NCBI RefSeq assembly: GCF_963921235.1
Contig: NC_086097.1
Coordinates: 221,590,001-221,654,000 of the forward strand
Length of the DNA stretch: 64,000 nucleotides
Origin: Mobula hypostoma
Taxonomy: Eukaryota
Reading direction: 5' to 3'
Shown here in pieces: positions 1-12,116 of the stretch (position 1 is its first letter; each line of letters starts with the position of its first letter). The position numbers and the translations under genes are program-made. The notes beneath the pieces are model-generated. The model was not told where the DNA came from, made no database searches, and was given only the letters and a program-made list of their open reading frames with translations.

Positions 1-44
1 AGGGGCTGTAATGTGCTGTACTATTCTATGTTCTATGTTCTATG
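1..44 (+). mobile_element. CR1 LINE 3' tail with (TTCTATG)n terminal microsatellite
   Basis: Reads gtgctgtactattctatgttctatgttctatg, like the other CR1 3' ends in the window (e.g. 5600-5632), and abuts a Chapaev-like fragment. Confidence 0.6.
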
Positions 45-452
45 TTCTGCATTCCCATTTAGACTTCTTCCCTGCAAATGTGGCACTGTCACTGACAAGC
101 ATGGTGAACGGTTTCACAGGACATTGTGGTCATAGAGAAATGGTATCAGGGCGGCTGGAATCTATCAATGTTGGCCGATTATTGTTGGGGACACTGAAGT
201 GAGAAGACTCAGACACTGAATACAAATGAAAATCATCAACAAAACATTTTTAGCAATTGAACTATTGCAAAGCATCAGCACCATTATGCAATTAAACACA
301 TTATATTGAATAAAAGTTAATTTCTTGTTCCTCCAAATTCCTATGTGATACAAGTAGTCCGAAATTATATTTGTGTTCAGCTTCAAGTGGTCTATCATAA
401 ACAATAAAAATTCTGAGGAAGCAACCCCTTTGAAAAAATATGTTGTCCAGTG
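45..452 (+). mobile_element. Chapaev3-like (CMC) DNA transposon, 3' fragment with decayed transposase C-terminus
   Basis: Encodes LHSHLDFFPAN...DKHGERFH...YQG.WN.SMLADYCW-like motifs across frameshifts. Ends ...CCAGTG followed by TTA. Homologous to 21230-21639. Confidence 0.7.
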
Positions 453-485
453 TTATATTCAGATTTCAGGAGGAATACATTGATC

Positions 486-626
486 GTGTCCTGCCGAAGG
501 GTTTCAGCTCGAAACGTTGACTGTACTTTTTTCCATAGATGCTGCCTGGCCTGCTGAGTTTGTCCAGCATTTTGTGTGTGTGTTGCTCAGATTTCCAGCA
601 TCTGCAGATTTTCTCTTGTTTGTGAA
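486..626 (+). mobile_element. Penelope-like element terminal repeat fragment with degenerate hammerhead motif
   Basis: gtc-ctgccga-agggtttcagctc-gaaacgtt-gact followed by gatgctgcctggcctgctgag...cagcattttgtgtg, a motif repeated many times in the window. Confidence 0.7.
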
Positions 627-1074
627 GAGAAGTTTCTTGCTTTGAATGGAGCTGAAGAATGGAATTCAAAGCTATGTATCACTGAATGTTGAGACACTTT
701 ATCAACACCATGGTCAGGAAATTTGCATGTAGCTTTCATCCTAAACTCTTCTGTGTCTGTGATATTTCATCCACCACGCCAGGTAGGTGAGTGGCTCTTA
801 AAAGGATTGGGATTATCCTTAGTTAGCTCCTCAGTCAGGGTGTTCATCATGTTCACAGCCACATGATCACGAATACCTTAGGAAAGAGTAGTGATTGGAT
901 CCTCACAATGTGATGCTGCTGCCTGTACTGCTGAGGAAGTATTGTCCAAAGGAAGTCTCCTGCTGCTTCATCATTGTTGTGGATGTACAAACCTCTGCAG
1001 CAGCAGGAATGCTGCACTCAGTGATGAAGACAGACTGCTTGGACACGCTGACAACTCCCGCCTTGTAGAGGTTA

Positions 1075-1715
1075 AGAATGTGGAACCAAGAAGAGTACAT
1101 CGCTGGGCAGGCCATTTGGCCCACAATGTTGTGCTGATCTTGATACCAACTTGTACTAAATGTCCCCCTCATATTTATCATCCATATCCCTCCATTCCCT
1201 TCATATTTAGGTGTCTATTGAAAACCCTCTCAAACTCCACCAAACTATCGACTTCTGTTACTACTTTGGTACCTAGTTCAGGCACCTACCACACTGCATA
1301 TAAAACTTGCCCTCACGTCACTTTTAAACTTCACCCCCCCCCCCAGCCTTAAAAGTACGTCCTCTGGTGTTTGACATTTCCACTCTGGGGATCTGCCTAC
1401 CCTACCCATGGCTCTATCAGGTCTCGCCTCAGCCATTGGTACTCAAGGAGAACAACCCAACTTTGTCCAATCTGTCCTTAAAGCTCATACCATACAATAC
1501 CGTCAGTGCTCAGGTAAACCTCTTATGCACCTTTCCACAGTTCCCATATCCTCCCTCTAATTGGGTGGTCAGAACTGCATGCAATATTCTATGTGCGGTA
1601 TGACTAAACTTTAATATAGCTGCAGCATGACTTCCTTACTCAACACCCTTACCAATGAAGGCAAGTGTGCTATGTACCTTCTTTACCACGTAAACTACTT
1701 GGTCGGTTCATCTGG
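1075..1715 (-). mobile_element. Decayed CR1 LINE 3' fragment
   Basis: Resembles the reverse complement of the CR1 ORF2 end and 3'UTR seen at 19361-20025 and 34500-35145. Confidence 0.6.
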
Positions 1716-1954
1716 GGATCCAGTCTTTTAGCTCAAGCCACAAGAGAGAGACCAAACCACAAACATTTCTATCATTTGGAAATAAATTAAAATAGCAAGT
1801 TGCTATTGTACCAGACTGACAATAATTGTATACAGCAACTGAAAGACTTATAGAGCACGGTGGCACAGAAACAAGCCCTTCTGCCCATCTAGTTCCTATC
1901 TTTTTCCCCATGTCATTCAACAACATCATCAATGCCTACTTCCTTAATGGCAAC

Positions 1955-2379
1955 TGTTGTTGCTTGAACAAAGTCACTGGAGAAAATTACTGGTAGATAC
2001 AAGGCAGCTTCTTTATTCAGCAAAACAAGGTACAACAAGCATCATATGGAGATGCTTTCAGTGGAAAGGTCTGCTGGCCCAGTGTGAGACTTGGTATTTT
2101 ACGTGCCAAATATTAAAGGACAATTCCATATTCACAATATATGGACAATGCTTTCTTTGAAGCTACATACAACCTTCACACCTCCTGATTCAAATCCACA
2201 CCATAGATATCCAAATGAATTTTAATCAGCATTGTCTGGACTGGGATTCACAGTTTTTAGGAGCGCATTGTTCAGAGCTGCACTCCAAATTATATGCACA
2301 ATACATTTTCAGAAGTGAAGATTGGTAGCCAAAGTCAATTGTTAAATGTATATGCCTTAAACCCAAAAATCACTCAACA
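1955..2379 (-). mobile_element. Possible solo LTR
   Basis: TGTTG...CAACA inverted termini and a minus-strand AATAAA near 2012. No clean TSD. Confidence 0.4.
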
Positions 2380-2738
2380 ACTAGGTGAGTACTGGTGATC
2401 AGAAATAATTTGAATTATATCCTCAATTACGTGGCTCCAAGTGTTTGCCCAAGGGTTTGTATACAGCAGTAAAGAAGTCATTTCACAATGATGGTGTGCA
2501 ATGTGCAGGACTCATGCCCAGCTTTGGGAGGTGGGCAGAGGGGAGAAGCTCTATACCGCTCCAAAGACACTAAAGAATGAATCACCTCATTCAGCAAAAG
2601 GTTCCTCACTGCACTGCTACTTCTCACTCACTCACTCAAACTTTATCAAATGTCTTTTTTTTCCTGATAGCAAAAACTGATAAAAGCTTCCTGTCAGTCA
2701 CAAAAGGAAACGGGACCAAGAAAGGAAAGGTCAGCTGT

Positions 2739-2912
2739 CACACAAAATGCTGGAGGAGCTCACAGACTAGCCGGCATCTAGGGAGCAAGTGCAGCCAACA
2801 GAAACATTGACTGTACTTGATTCCATAGATGCTGCCTGGCCTGCTGAGCTCCTCCAGCATTTTGTGTGTGTTGCTCGGATTTCCAGCGCCTGGAGATTTT
2901 CTCTTGTTTGTG
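2739..2912. mobile_element. Head-to-head PLE terminal-repeat fragments (short palindromic element)
   Basis: Perfect 24-bp inverted repeat: cacacaaaatgctggaggagctca (2739-2762) and tgagctcctccagcattttgtgtg (2845-2868). Confidence 0.7.
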
Positions 2913-3129
2913 AAAGGTCAGCTCCAACTTGGGCACTTGTAACACCTGCAAGATGGAGTTCAGGTGACAAAAAGTGGTTGCTTGGAACTATTTCTTCACT
3001 TCATTATTTTTGTTCCCTCGTTAGGCTGTAGCTCCTCTATAACAGAACTGCCAGATTTTCCTCACTGTGTGCTCTGAGGTAGATTACAAAGCCCTGTTCT
3101 CACCAGAGGCAAGTAGAAATGAGCAACAA

Positions 3130-3770
3130 TGTTCAAATGATTCAGAGTACATTTATTATCAAAGCATGTATGCAGTATACAACCCTGAGATTCATCTTCC
3201 CACAAACAGCCACCGAACAAAGAAAGCCATGGAACCTGAACAAAGAAAAATATCAACCCCCTCCCACATGCAAAAAAAAACAAATTGCATAAACAGCAAC
3301 AAAAAAAGAATGAGGAAAAATACAGAATGTAAAACACAAAAACAAAAGAATCCATACTCAGTTCAGCTCAGTGTTCTTTATTTTGCAGGCCACCCCGGTT
3401 CAAAATCGCCCAAAAATAGCAACAGAAAAAGGAGCGATGTGAATCAGAAAAGACATAATAATGTGAACTACAGTCCAATCCACAAACCACGTTGATTAAA
3501 CCTTGCTCCAGCACGAACAGCATCAAGGGAAAGAGAGATCATTCAAACACAGGGACCTTACTTTGGGAGCAGCGAGCAAGAGGGAGGGAGAAACTGTCAC
3601 ACACAGACACCTTCTCTGGTTCAGATAGCAAGAGATTGGTAGACGACGCTGAACACTCGATCACCTTCTGGCCTCGCCCTGATGATTTCAATCTTCTTCG
3701 ATGCTTTAATCGGTGAAATCAGTGAAAAATGGAGTTGATCGTGGGCTTGCTCCCTGTCCCCAAGCATTCC
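3130..3770 (-). mobile_element. Non-autonomous retroposon with Rex1-type 3' tail
   Basis: Minus-strand tail ...tgataataaatgtactctgaa is shared with the Rex1-type ends at 19050-19140 and 31090-31170. No coding signal. Confidence 0.55.
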
Positions 3771-4587
3771 ACACCTCAATTACTGATCACTTTAGTATCA
3801 CCTCATGCATAACTATGAAAGCAGAACCACACAAATGAACAAATCTTTCCACACATTCAATCAACACTAAACCTATTCAATCATTGATTAATCAACCTTG
3901 TCCCTGTCTACTTTGTGGGGGGGTTGTCCAACCCACAGTCTAAGCAGTTTCTCCACTTTGGTTGCAGTCAAACAGGTGGGTAGGTGCTCCTTTGGAATAG
4001 AAGAGAGTTTCAGAAGAATGCTGATGGCATGTGTGGGCTCCTCAGGTCTGGATATCCTGGTTTTGGTCTTTGTCTCCCCATGAGTGGCAGCAGTCTGGTC
4101 AAGCTGGCTGAAAATAACCCGGTGGGATAGTAAAACTGCATGTCTCAAATGTTGAGAAAAGTGAGTAAACAAGATGGATTTAAAACTCAGACACTTTTTC
4201 TGATGGTAGGGTTTTGCCTGAAGCATTGACAATTTCTTTCTTCCCGCTGTTATTGCTCAATTCATTGAGTTCTTCCAGCAGATATTGTGTTGTTCCAAAT
4301 TCCAGCATCTGAAGTCTCTTGTGTCTCTAATATAATTTCTCTCTAGTTCAAAAAGTTAAATTCTCTGCGTAGTCGTGTTCACCCATTAGAATGATGGGTA
4401 TTCTTAACTTTACTTCAGCAGACATCCCACCCTGCAAAAACTCATTTCAGGGAGGTAGCATCATCAATTTGCGGGAGACTCCCGGGAGAGGTGGGATGTC
4501 TGCAAGAGAGTAGCTCCTTAGCAGCTAACCAGCTAGTTTAAATAACGTTAGCTATGCTATTGAACGAATGACACCTGTTAAACTCAC

Positions 4588-4762
4588 CTCAACATGTCTT
4601 TTACAGTCTTAACCCACCATGGGCAATAGAAAAGTCACTGTTGCAAACAGTGCAGCGAGCAACACTGTCATTATTTTTGACCCCTATTGTGCAGGGGTAC
4701 ACTTTAGTGTAATCTGGGGTGACGTATGTTTTATATTTTCTTTTTTTGGAACACTCTGCCAT
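4588..4762 (-). pseudogene. First exon of a hAT transposase (BED-like zinc finger), frameshifted
   Basis: MAECSKKRKY...CTVCNSDFSIAHGGL, then a frameshift to DCKRHVE, ending at a GAG|GTGAGT splice donor. Confidence 0.65.
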
Positions 4763-4769
4763 GGCGTGC

Positions 4770-4932
4770 TGTCGCTCTCTCTCTCGCTCTCGCGCCCTCT
4801 CTCTCTCTTTCTCTCGCTTGCTTTCTCTCTTGCGCCCTCTCTCGCTCGCACGCTCTCGCTTTCTCTCTCGCGTGCTCTCTCTCTCTCTTGCTTTCTCTCT
4901 TGCGCGTGCACTCTCTCTTGCTTTCTCTCGCT
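4770..4932. repeat. Degenerate (CT/CG)n microsatellite inside the hAT element
   Basis: Visible ctctctcgc repeats, which produce the ER-rich and SL-rich ORFs. Confidence 0.9.
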
Positions 4933-5469
4933 CGGTCGTTCTCAGAAAAATTGATTTCCGTGATACATAATTTGCGGGCATCAGGGAGCCACTATTCACA
5001 TGTGTGAGACTTTGGGAACTTCCGGGGAGGTTGGATGTCTGCTTCGGTGTTTTCCTCTAACATTAATTCAGAACCTAGGATAGCACAAAGAAGTGCTAAC
5101 CATAATCAGTGCTGATCATAGCGCAGGTGCTATAATGTTTCCCTAACACTTCTCAAATAGTTGCTCCCTTTGTGACTGCCCTTCTGTTCTACCCTGGAAA
5201 TTGTTTGCAAGCCTCTGAACATCCTTCCTAAGATTCAGCCTGATAGCAAGAAATGTCAGAACTCACTCACATCAAATTGTTTGAGTTTATGTGTCATGAG
5301 AAAATAGTGAATACTTTGTGTTATGCATTTGGCAGGAATCTGATTTTGGTTTTTCCAGAATCTGAACTCATTAAATGAAAAGCTCAGAACCCTAACCAGT
5401 GGAGGGGAACCTTCTTCATTGCTATTTAAAAGCCTTCAAGTTACAGTAGTTTGAAGTTTTTATTTCAGA

Positions 5470-5633
5470 CAATATTTAAGTGAAGTTTGAATTGGTACAC
5501 GAACGGTAGGGATATGGAGGGTTATGGTCCCAGTGTCGTTCGATGGGAGTAGGCAGTTTAAATGGTTCAGCATGGACTAGACAGGCCAAATGGCCTGTTT
5601 CTGTGCTGTACTTTTCTATGAGTCTATGACTCT
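5470..5633 (+). mobile_element. CR1 3' end
   Basis: ggccaaatggcctgtttctgtgctgta followed by a ctatgagtctatgactcta tail. Confidence 0.7.
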
Positions 5634-5650
5634 AATTAACTGCTGGGATT

Positions 5651-5663
5651 TGTGAGTGTGTGA

Positions 5664-5706
<43 letters not shown>

Positions 5707-5752
5707 CGCGCGCGTGTGTGCATGTGTGTGCGTGTGTGTGTGTGTGTGCGCG
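5651..5752. repeat. (TG)n(CG)n(TG)n alternating purine-pyrimidine tract
   Basis: Read directly from the sequence; includes a (CG)8 run. Confidence 0.95.
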
Positions 5753-7499
5753 TCTCATTTTGGGATGTTTTGTTTTCACTGGAGAATATTAAAATATTGT
5801 CTGTTATGTATCAATGTCTACATACTGCTCTCACTTATGAAATTCTAGAGAATAGGGGCAAAATGCCATTCAGTCCAGCTCCACCATTCATGACTATCAT
5901 GGTTCATCCTCTGCCTCATTACCATCTACACCCTTTTCCTCTTTGATGTCTTTCACTTCAAGAAATCTATCTACTCCAAATATTTGATGACTCCACTGTC
6001 ATCTGTGGTAGAAAATTCATCTCCCTCTGAGTGGTGAATTTCTTTGTCATCGCATTTTTATGTTTTTTCTCTTCCTATCCTGACTACTGTAACTTCTAGT
6101 TCTAAATGTCTAAGCCAGCGAAACTTCCCCACATCCACTCTGTCAAGTCTTATCAGGATTTTGTTCATTTCAAAGAAATCCCCTCTTGATTTTCTAATCT
6201 CAAGTGAACACAGCCCTGGTCAGCCTTTGTTATGGTTGTTGAAGAATTGTAGGAATCAATCTGATGTACCTTTGCTGCAAGCCTTCGATGATAAGTCGTT
6301 GTTTACTCAGTTGATGTTACCTCCCTCTTCACATCACAGGAAAAGGAGCCTGGTTATTTAAAAAATTCTTTCTATGCATCTCCACCAAGTTTCACTTTAT
6401 ATCCCATGTGCAAATTCATTTTCATGATTTCACAAGTGACTACCACCCTCCAGAATGGCAGACAAGCGAATGCCCTTCAAAAAGGGGAATGGACAGTGAA
6501 AGATGGATGTCAATTGTCAGTGGAGTCCATGACAAGGGAACTCAATCTTATTCACATTACCATCAGGAATTTTTAGAGGTTCATCCTCAGGATCTAGCAC
6601 TAATTTTGTATTTCAGAATTCAGGCTGAATTATGCAAAATTTTAACAATAGAGATCAATACACACCTTTAAGATACCAAGCTTTTAGTATAAGCAACCAA
6701 GATAAATTTCCACCATGGGGAACTGAAATAGGAACCCTGGTTGGGAATCATCAATCTTCATCAGTTAGTGGCACCTTGATGCAGGATTGCTCCTTTAATC
6801 ATATAGTCAGTGAATGAGTCCAGGGATGAATCTGCATTTTCCAACTCTGTACATATACATCCATGTCTGCTTATTAAACATAAAGGGGAGATGTAGCTAG
6901 ATTTCAAATTGTTCCCAATTAAAATCTGGCTACATTTTCTATTGTCTTTATTGTGTCTATGCAATTTTTTTAAATGGTTGAAATCCACCTGCTGTTTTTG
7001 ATAAAAATTTCCTCAAGGGGAATTTTCTCTACCACTGCTTTGCAATTCCCTCATATTCATGCCACTTAGACTGTGGATCTAATACTTAGAAACTGGATTA
7101 ATCCGAAATCGGAGTGCTAATCCTGTGCTTAGCCATGTCACAGCAGCCCAGACATGAGATTTAAGCAAAAGCCTAGTGAAAATATCTTGTTGGGTTTAGA
7201 ATGAACAGCACTGACTTAATGGCAATCATTGCCTGTTACAACAATTAAGCACACCTGCACTTATTGACATCTGATCAAGTTGGAGAGTTATGTTCTATTC
7301 GAAGTGTGCACTTCCCATTTAAGATGGTGCAGGTGAAGCACAGCTAAACTATAAATTGCTGAATCAGTCACACTTATTCTTGGATATGATCACAGCAAGC
7401 AATAGACTGCAACTTTCCTTTCAGAGTTGAGCTTTTGAACTGCCTTTACGATCTGGCATTTTTGCCGTGAGAACTGAAGCCTCGAAGGTTCAGTGTTGC

Positions 7500-8022
7500 A
7501 GCATGGCGTGTACGTGCTGAATCAAGGCGGTGAGGCCTGAGTCCAAGTGTAGGGACTGAGCAGATGATTGGCTATTGCTGGAGCAGACTTGGAGGCGATT
7601 CGATGCGGCCGAACTGAGGCAAGGCAGGTTGAGATGGCGGGGCCCAGTTGGAAAGGTTGGGTATGGGCCAAATTGAGGAGGCGGGGCCTGGGCCCAATAG
7701 TGTACCGAAGAGGCAGGGCCTGGGTCTGAGAGTGAGGAACAATGTGAGGTTTGGCCAATTTAAGCACCATTCCAGATAGAAAAGGTCAGGGTGTCAGGGC
7801 CGGAGGCAAGGGGCTCTGTGAGGCTTACTAGTCTCTGTGCTCAACAAAGAATGTGGACTGCAACTAATGGGCTCCTGGATTGGCTTCATGGCTGTGGATG
7901 GCCTTTTTAAAAATGGGTTCTATTGTGTTTTTTCTTTCTGTTTTGTGGCTGCCTGTAAGGAGATGAATCTCAAGGTTGTATACAATATGCATACTTTGGT
8001 AATAAATGTACTTTGAACTTTG
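7500..8022 (+). mobile_element. Non-autonomous retroposon with GC-rich body and Rex1-type tail
   Basis: Homologous to 59600-60046. Ends tactttggtaataaatgtactttgaactttg. Confidence 0.6.
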
Positions 8023-10472
8023 TAAGTTCTTCCTATCTCAGACTAAACAGTCCTATCTTCCTGTCAGAGCGACCTGTCTGATGTATCAATGTTTTTCAGG
8101 AGATGCCCTCATGTGTGCACTTCCAATTCCATTCCATCTAGCTAGGATGCTACATTCAGCAGCCGGCCAAGAGCTGTTGGTGGCTATCAATCAAGATCAT
8201 CTGCAGTCCTTCAAACCAGAAGAAAGCAATCTCCATCACTCTCGCTTTAGCCACAGTGGTGATACTGCCCAGAAGTATTAAGATGGGTTAAAAATCTGAA
8301 AGAAAGTACAAATGTGATAAGCTAGTATCATTGCACCAGAGAGTCCATAGCTTGGCTGCTGCTGGAACCTACCCAGAGCTCATCCAGCAGCTGTGGTAAG
8401 CTTCTCCAGCTCTGCAGTTCCCATCAAGTGCAAGTACTCTCTGCCAGGACCAGGCCATTCCCTGGAACAGAATGAACCACAGATGACAATGAAACTCTGG
8501 TGTGCAGGATAGACTAATGGGTGATCCAGCTTGGAAGCCAACAAAAGCTGCACGATGATGATCTGTTGAGGTTGACTGCAAGGAGCTGGAGGAAGAGGGG
8601 AAAAGATGGAAGAGAAGAGCCTTTCAGTCCACATCCTCATCAAAAGGAATTCCATGACAAACTTTCCCAAAGAAAAGACTTTCCTGGATATGCTAAAAGG
8701 CAATGCTTAATCTTGGATAGATTTCCCTAAACCCAATCACTTCCACCCCCTTCATACACACTCATTCTCAAATTACTCAGACACTTGCAGAGCCATTTAA
8801 GCCAGTGTAGCATTTTAGCGAAAGTCTTCTGTCAGCGTGATGAATGTGTCTCTGCCACTGTTACACTGCAGCTGTGCTGCAACTCTGAACTAATTTCAAG
8901 TAAGTTACAGTGGATTTCAAGACGCAGACATTCTCTCAAACGGTTGACATCGCCAATTCAGTTACCAGAAAGATTCTGCAACCAAAGCTTAATCAGAAAG
9001 CCCCTATTTAATTAGCCAGTATAATAATGAATCTTAGTGCAGATTTGTACAAATGTGAAGGTTGTGCTGCATCAACCATACTCCTTTCATTCCCAATCCA
9101 AAAGTGCTAGTCCTCAGCAGAGTATCATTGCCAAAGTGGCAAGTGACTTTCATATTTACAGATTCTCAACAAGTAACCCACTTAAGAACATTTGCAGCCA
9201 AGTACATGAATAGACATTTAGGATAGGAACCATACAGGGTGGCGGGGCTGCCCAGAGAGGTCAGAAGAGCACTCAGTAATCTCTCTTGATTCAGTGGAAC
9301 ACCTACACAACAGCTGCAAGTGGTCACTTGACCCAGAAATACACTCTGTAGATTTATGGTCTCATCTGAAATTGAAGCCAAATCTCTCACACTGTCGCCC
9401 ACTTGACAATCAGTACAATTAGCAGCCTAACAAAAAATTTAACAGATCCTACTGCTCCCTTAAAGTGCCACTGAGAGAAGACCATAAGGCATAGTAGCAG
9501 AATTAGGCCATTCAGCCCATTGAGTCTGCTCCACCATGACATCATGGCTCATTTATTATCCCACTTAACCCCATTGTCTTGCCTTCTTCCTGTAACGTCT
9601 CTGGAGCGATGCGAAAGCATGCTTCAAGCAGATGCCTCTCTCTTCACCTCTGTCAAGTTCTTTTCCCAACAATAGTTTTGAGATTCATTCAAGATTCAAG
9701 ATTGTTTATTATCATCCTTCAGTACACAAGTGTAAAGGAGAACAAAATCACTGTTCCTTCAGATCCAATGCAATATGAAAAAAAGCACAATAAACATAAA
9801 GCCCACAATAAACACATAATAGATATAAATTAATAAGATTAGCTTATATACATACGTAGACTGTTTGTACATAAAATGACACAAGGTACAAGAGAATCTG
9901 TACATAAGGTGACTGGCAGGAAATGATAAACTATCAGTGGAGGGAAAGTTGAGTCTAGAAGCTATTACTGAGGAGAAGATGCTTGGGAAACTGAAAGGTC
10001 TGAAGGTAGATGAGTCACCTGAAACAGATGGAGGTGCACACCAGAGTTCTGAAAGAGATAGCAGAAGAGATTGTGTAGGCATTTGTAATGATCCTTCAAG
10101 AACCCCTCGATTCAGGATTGTTTCTGGAGGACTGGAAAATTGAAAATGTCACTCCACTTTTTAAGAAGGGAGGGAGGCAGAAGAAAGGAAATTATAGGCC
10201 AATTAGCCTGACGTCAGTGCTTGGGAAGATGTTGTAGTCCATTATTAAAGAAGAGGTTTTGAATTACTTGGAGGCACATGACAAAATAGGCCAAAGTCAG
10301 CATGGTTTCCTTAAGGGGATATCTTGCCTGACAAATGTGTTGGAATTCTTTGAGGAAATAACAGGCAGGATAGACAAAGGAGAGTCAGTGGATGTTCTTT
10401 ACTTGGATTTTCAGAAAACCTTTGATGTGGTGCTGCTCATGAGGCTGCTTAACAAGATGGTATTACAGAAAA

Positions 10473-11287
10473 TCAAAGTTGGCGGTGAAAACATCAATAA
10501 TTTCAGATATGCAGATGACACTGTGTTAATTGCAAGTACGGAGGAAGAACTACAAAACTTAATTGATATAATTGTTGAAGAAAGTGCATAAAACGGGTCT
10601 ATCTATCAATCGCAGAAAGAGAGAATGTGTGGTGATATCCAAAAAGAAGGAGAATCCTATCTGCAGGCTGAGAATAAATGGGGAAGACATAAAACAAGTA
10701 CAGAATATTTGCTACTTAGGAAGCTGGCTGACATCAGATGGCAGGTGCGACATGGACATCAAAAGAAGAATAGGGATGGCAAAAGGCACCTTTACAAGAA
10801 TGAAGAGTGTACTGACCAATACATGACAACCCACCTCAGAGCACTGAAATGTTACGTTTATCCAGTTACTGTATGTTATATGGCTCAGAATGCTGGACAA
10901 TATCTAGTAACATGAGGAAATGAATTGTAGCAGCAGAGATGTGGTTTTTGAGGAGGATGCAGAGAATATCATGGACGAAACGAATATCTAACGAGGATGT
11001 CATGAACAGAGCGAACACAAAAGAGAAATAATGTATGAGATCATGAAAAGGCAATGTAACTTCATTGGACATGTGATTGGGAAAGAGGAGTTAGAATGGA
11101 TGGTAATTATGGGGAAGATTGAAGGAAAGAAAGCAAGAGGAAGACAAAGACAAATGATGATGGAGACAGCAGCCAGAGAACTGGAAATGAATACCAATGA
11201 ATTGATCCACTTGACCCGAAACAGGAGTGTGTGGGCCATGGCAGTCAAAGCTCAAACTGGGCATGGCACCTGATGATGATGATGATG
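10473..11287 (+). mobile_element. 5'-truncated RTE-clade LINE
   Basis: INNFRYADDTVLIA, YLGSWLTSDGRC, FIGHVI and IEGKKARGRQR motifs; (GAT)n tail; TSD acagaaaa/acaggaaa (10465-10472, 11288-11295). Confidence 0.85.
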
Positions 11288-11981
11288 ACAGGAAAGGTGC
11301 TAGCATGAATGAAGATTGGCCGACTGGCAGAAAGCAAAGAATGGGAATAATGGGGGCTTTTTCTGGGTGGCTGTCAGTGACTAGTGATGTTCTGCATGAG
11401 TCTGTGTTATGACTACTTCACAACAGTTAAGGAATTGATGGCTTTGTGGTCAAGTTTGGGGATGTTACAAAGATAGGTGGAGAGGCAAGAAGTGTTGAGG
11501 TAGCAGGGAGTCTGCAGAAGGACTTAGACAGATGAGGAGAATGGACAAAGAGGTGGCAGATGGAATACAGTGTCAAGAAGTATATAGGCCTGCATTTTGG
11601 TAGAAGGAATAGAGGCATAGACTATTTTCTAAATGGGGAGAAAATTCAGAAATCAGAGGTGCGAAGTGACTTGGGAGCCATGGTGTAGGATTCTCTAAAG
11701 GTTAACTTGCATGTTGAGTCAGTGGTAAGGAAGGCAAATTCAATGTGAGCATTCATTTCAAGGGAACTAGAATATAAAATCAAGGATGAAATGCTGAATT
11801 TTTATAAGGCATTGGTCAGACTGCTCTTGGAGTACTGTGAGCAGTTTTGGGCCCCTTATATAAGAAAGGATGTGCTGGCATTGGAGAGGGTCTAGAGAAA
11901 GTTCACGAGAATGATCCAGGAAATACTTGCTGGAGTATAGAAGAAAAGGGGGACCTCATTGAAATCTATCAAATATTAAAA

Positions 11982-12116
11982 TGGGTCATGATGAAGGGTC
12001 TTGGCCCAAAACATCAACTCTTTTGCTCTTTTACATAAATACTGCCCGACCTGCTGAGTTTCTCCAACGTTTTGTGTGGGATACTCTGGTTTTCCAGCAT
12101 CCTGCATAATTTCTTC
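11982..12116 (+). mobile_element. PLE terminal-repeat fragment inserted in CR1
   Basis: tgatgaagggtcttggcccaaaac...ctgctgagtttctccaacgttttgtg, with imperfect flanking duplication aaatattaaaa/aaatgttgaaa. Confidence 0.65.

Larger units (their letters stand above)
4419..5041 (-). mobile_element. Non-autonomous hAT-type DNA transposon
   Basis: TIRs cagacatcccacc / ggttggatgtctg, flanks cttcag / cttcgg, and a transposase N-terminal zinc-finger remnant inside. Confidence 0.75.

Noticed and set aside
891..1352. 153-aa ORF with an RWAGHL motif
   Set aside because: The motif falls in the antisense of a CR1 3' tail and is coincidental.
3067..3495. 142-aa lysine-rich ORF
   Set aside because: It is the antisense of a T-rich retroposon 3' region and has no domain.
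3888..4232. 114-aa minus-strand ORF in apparently unique DNA
   Set aside because: No recognisable domain or convincing splice context, so it cannot be supported.
4601..5007. Five overlapping ER-rich or SL-rich ORFs
   Set aside because: They are products of the CT/GA microsatellite; only 4588-4762 has real (transposase) coding character.
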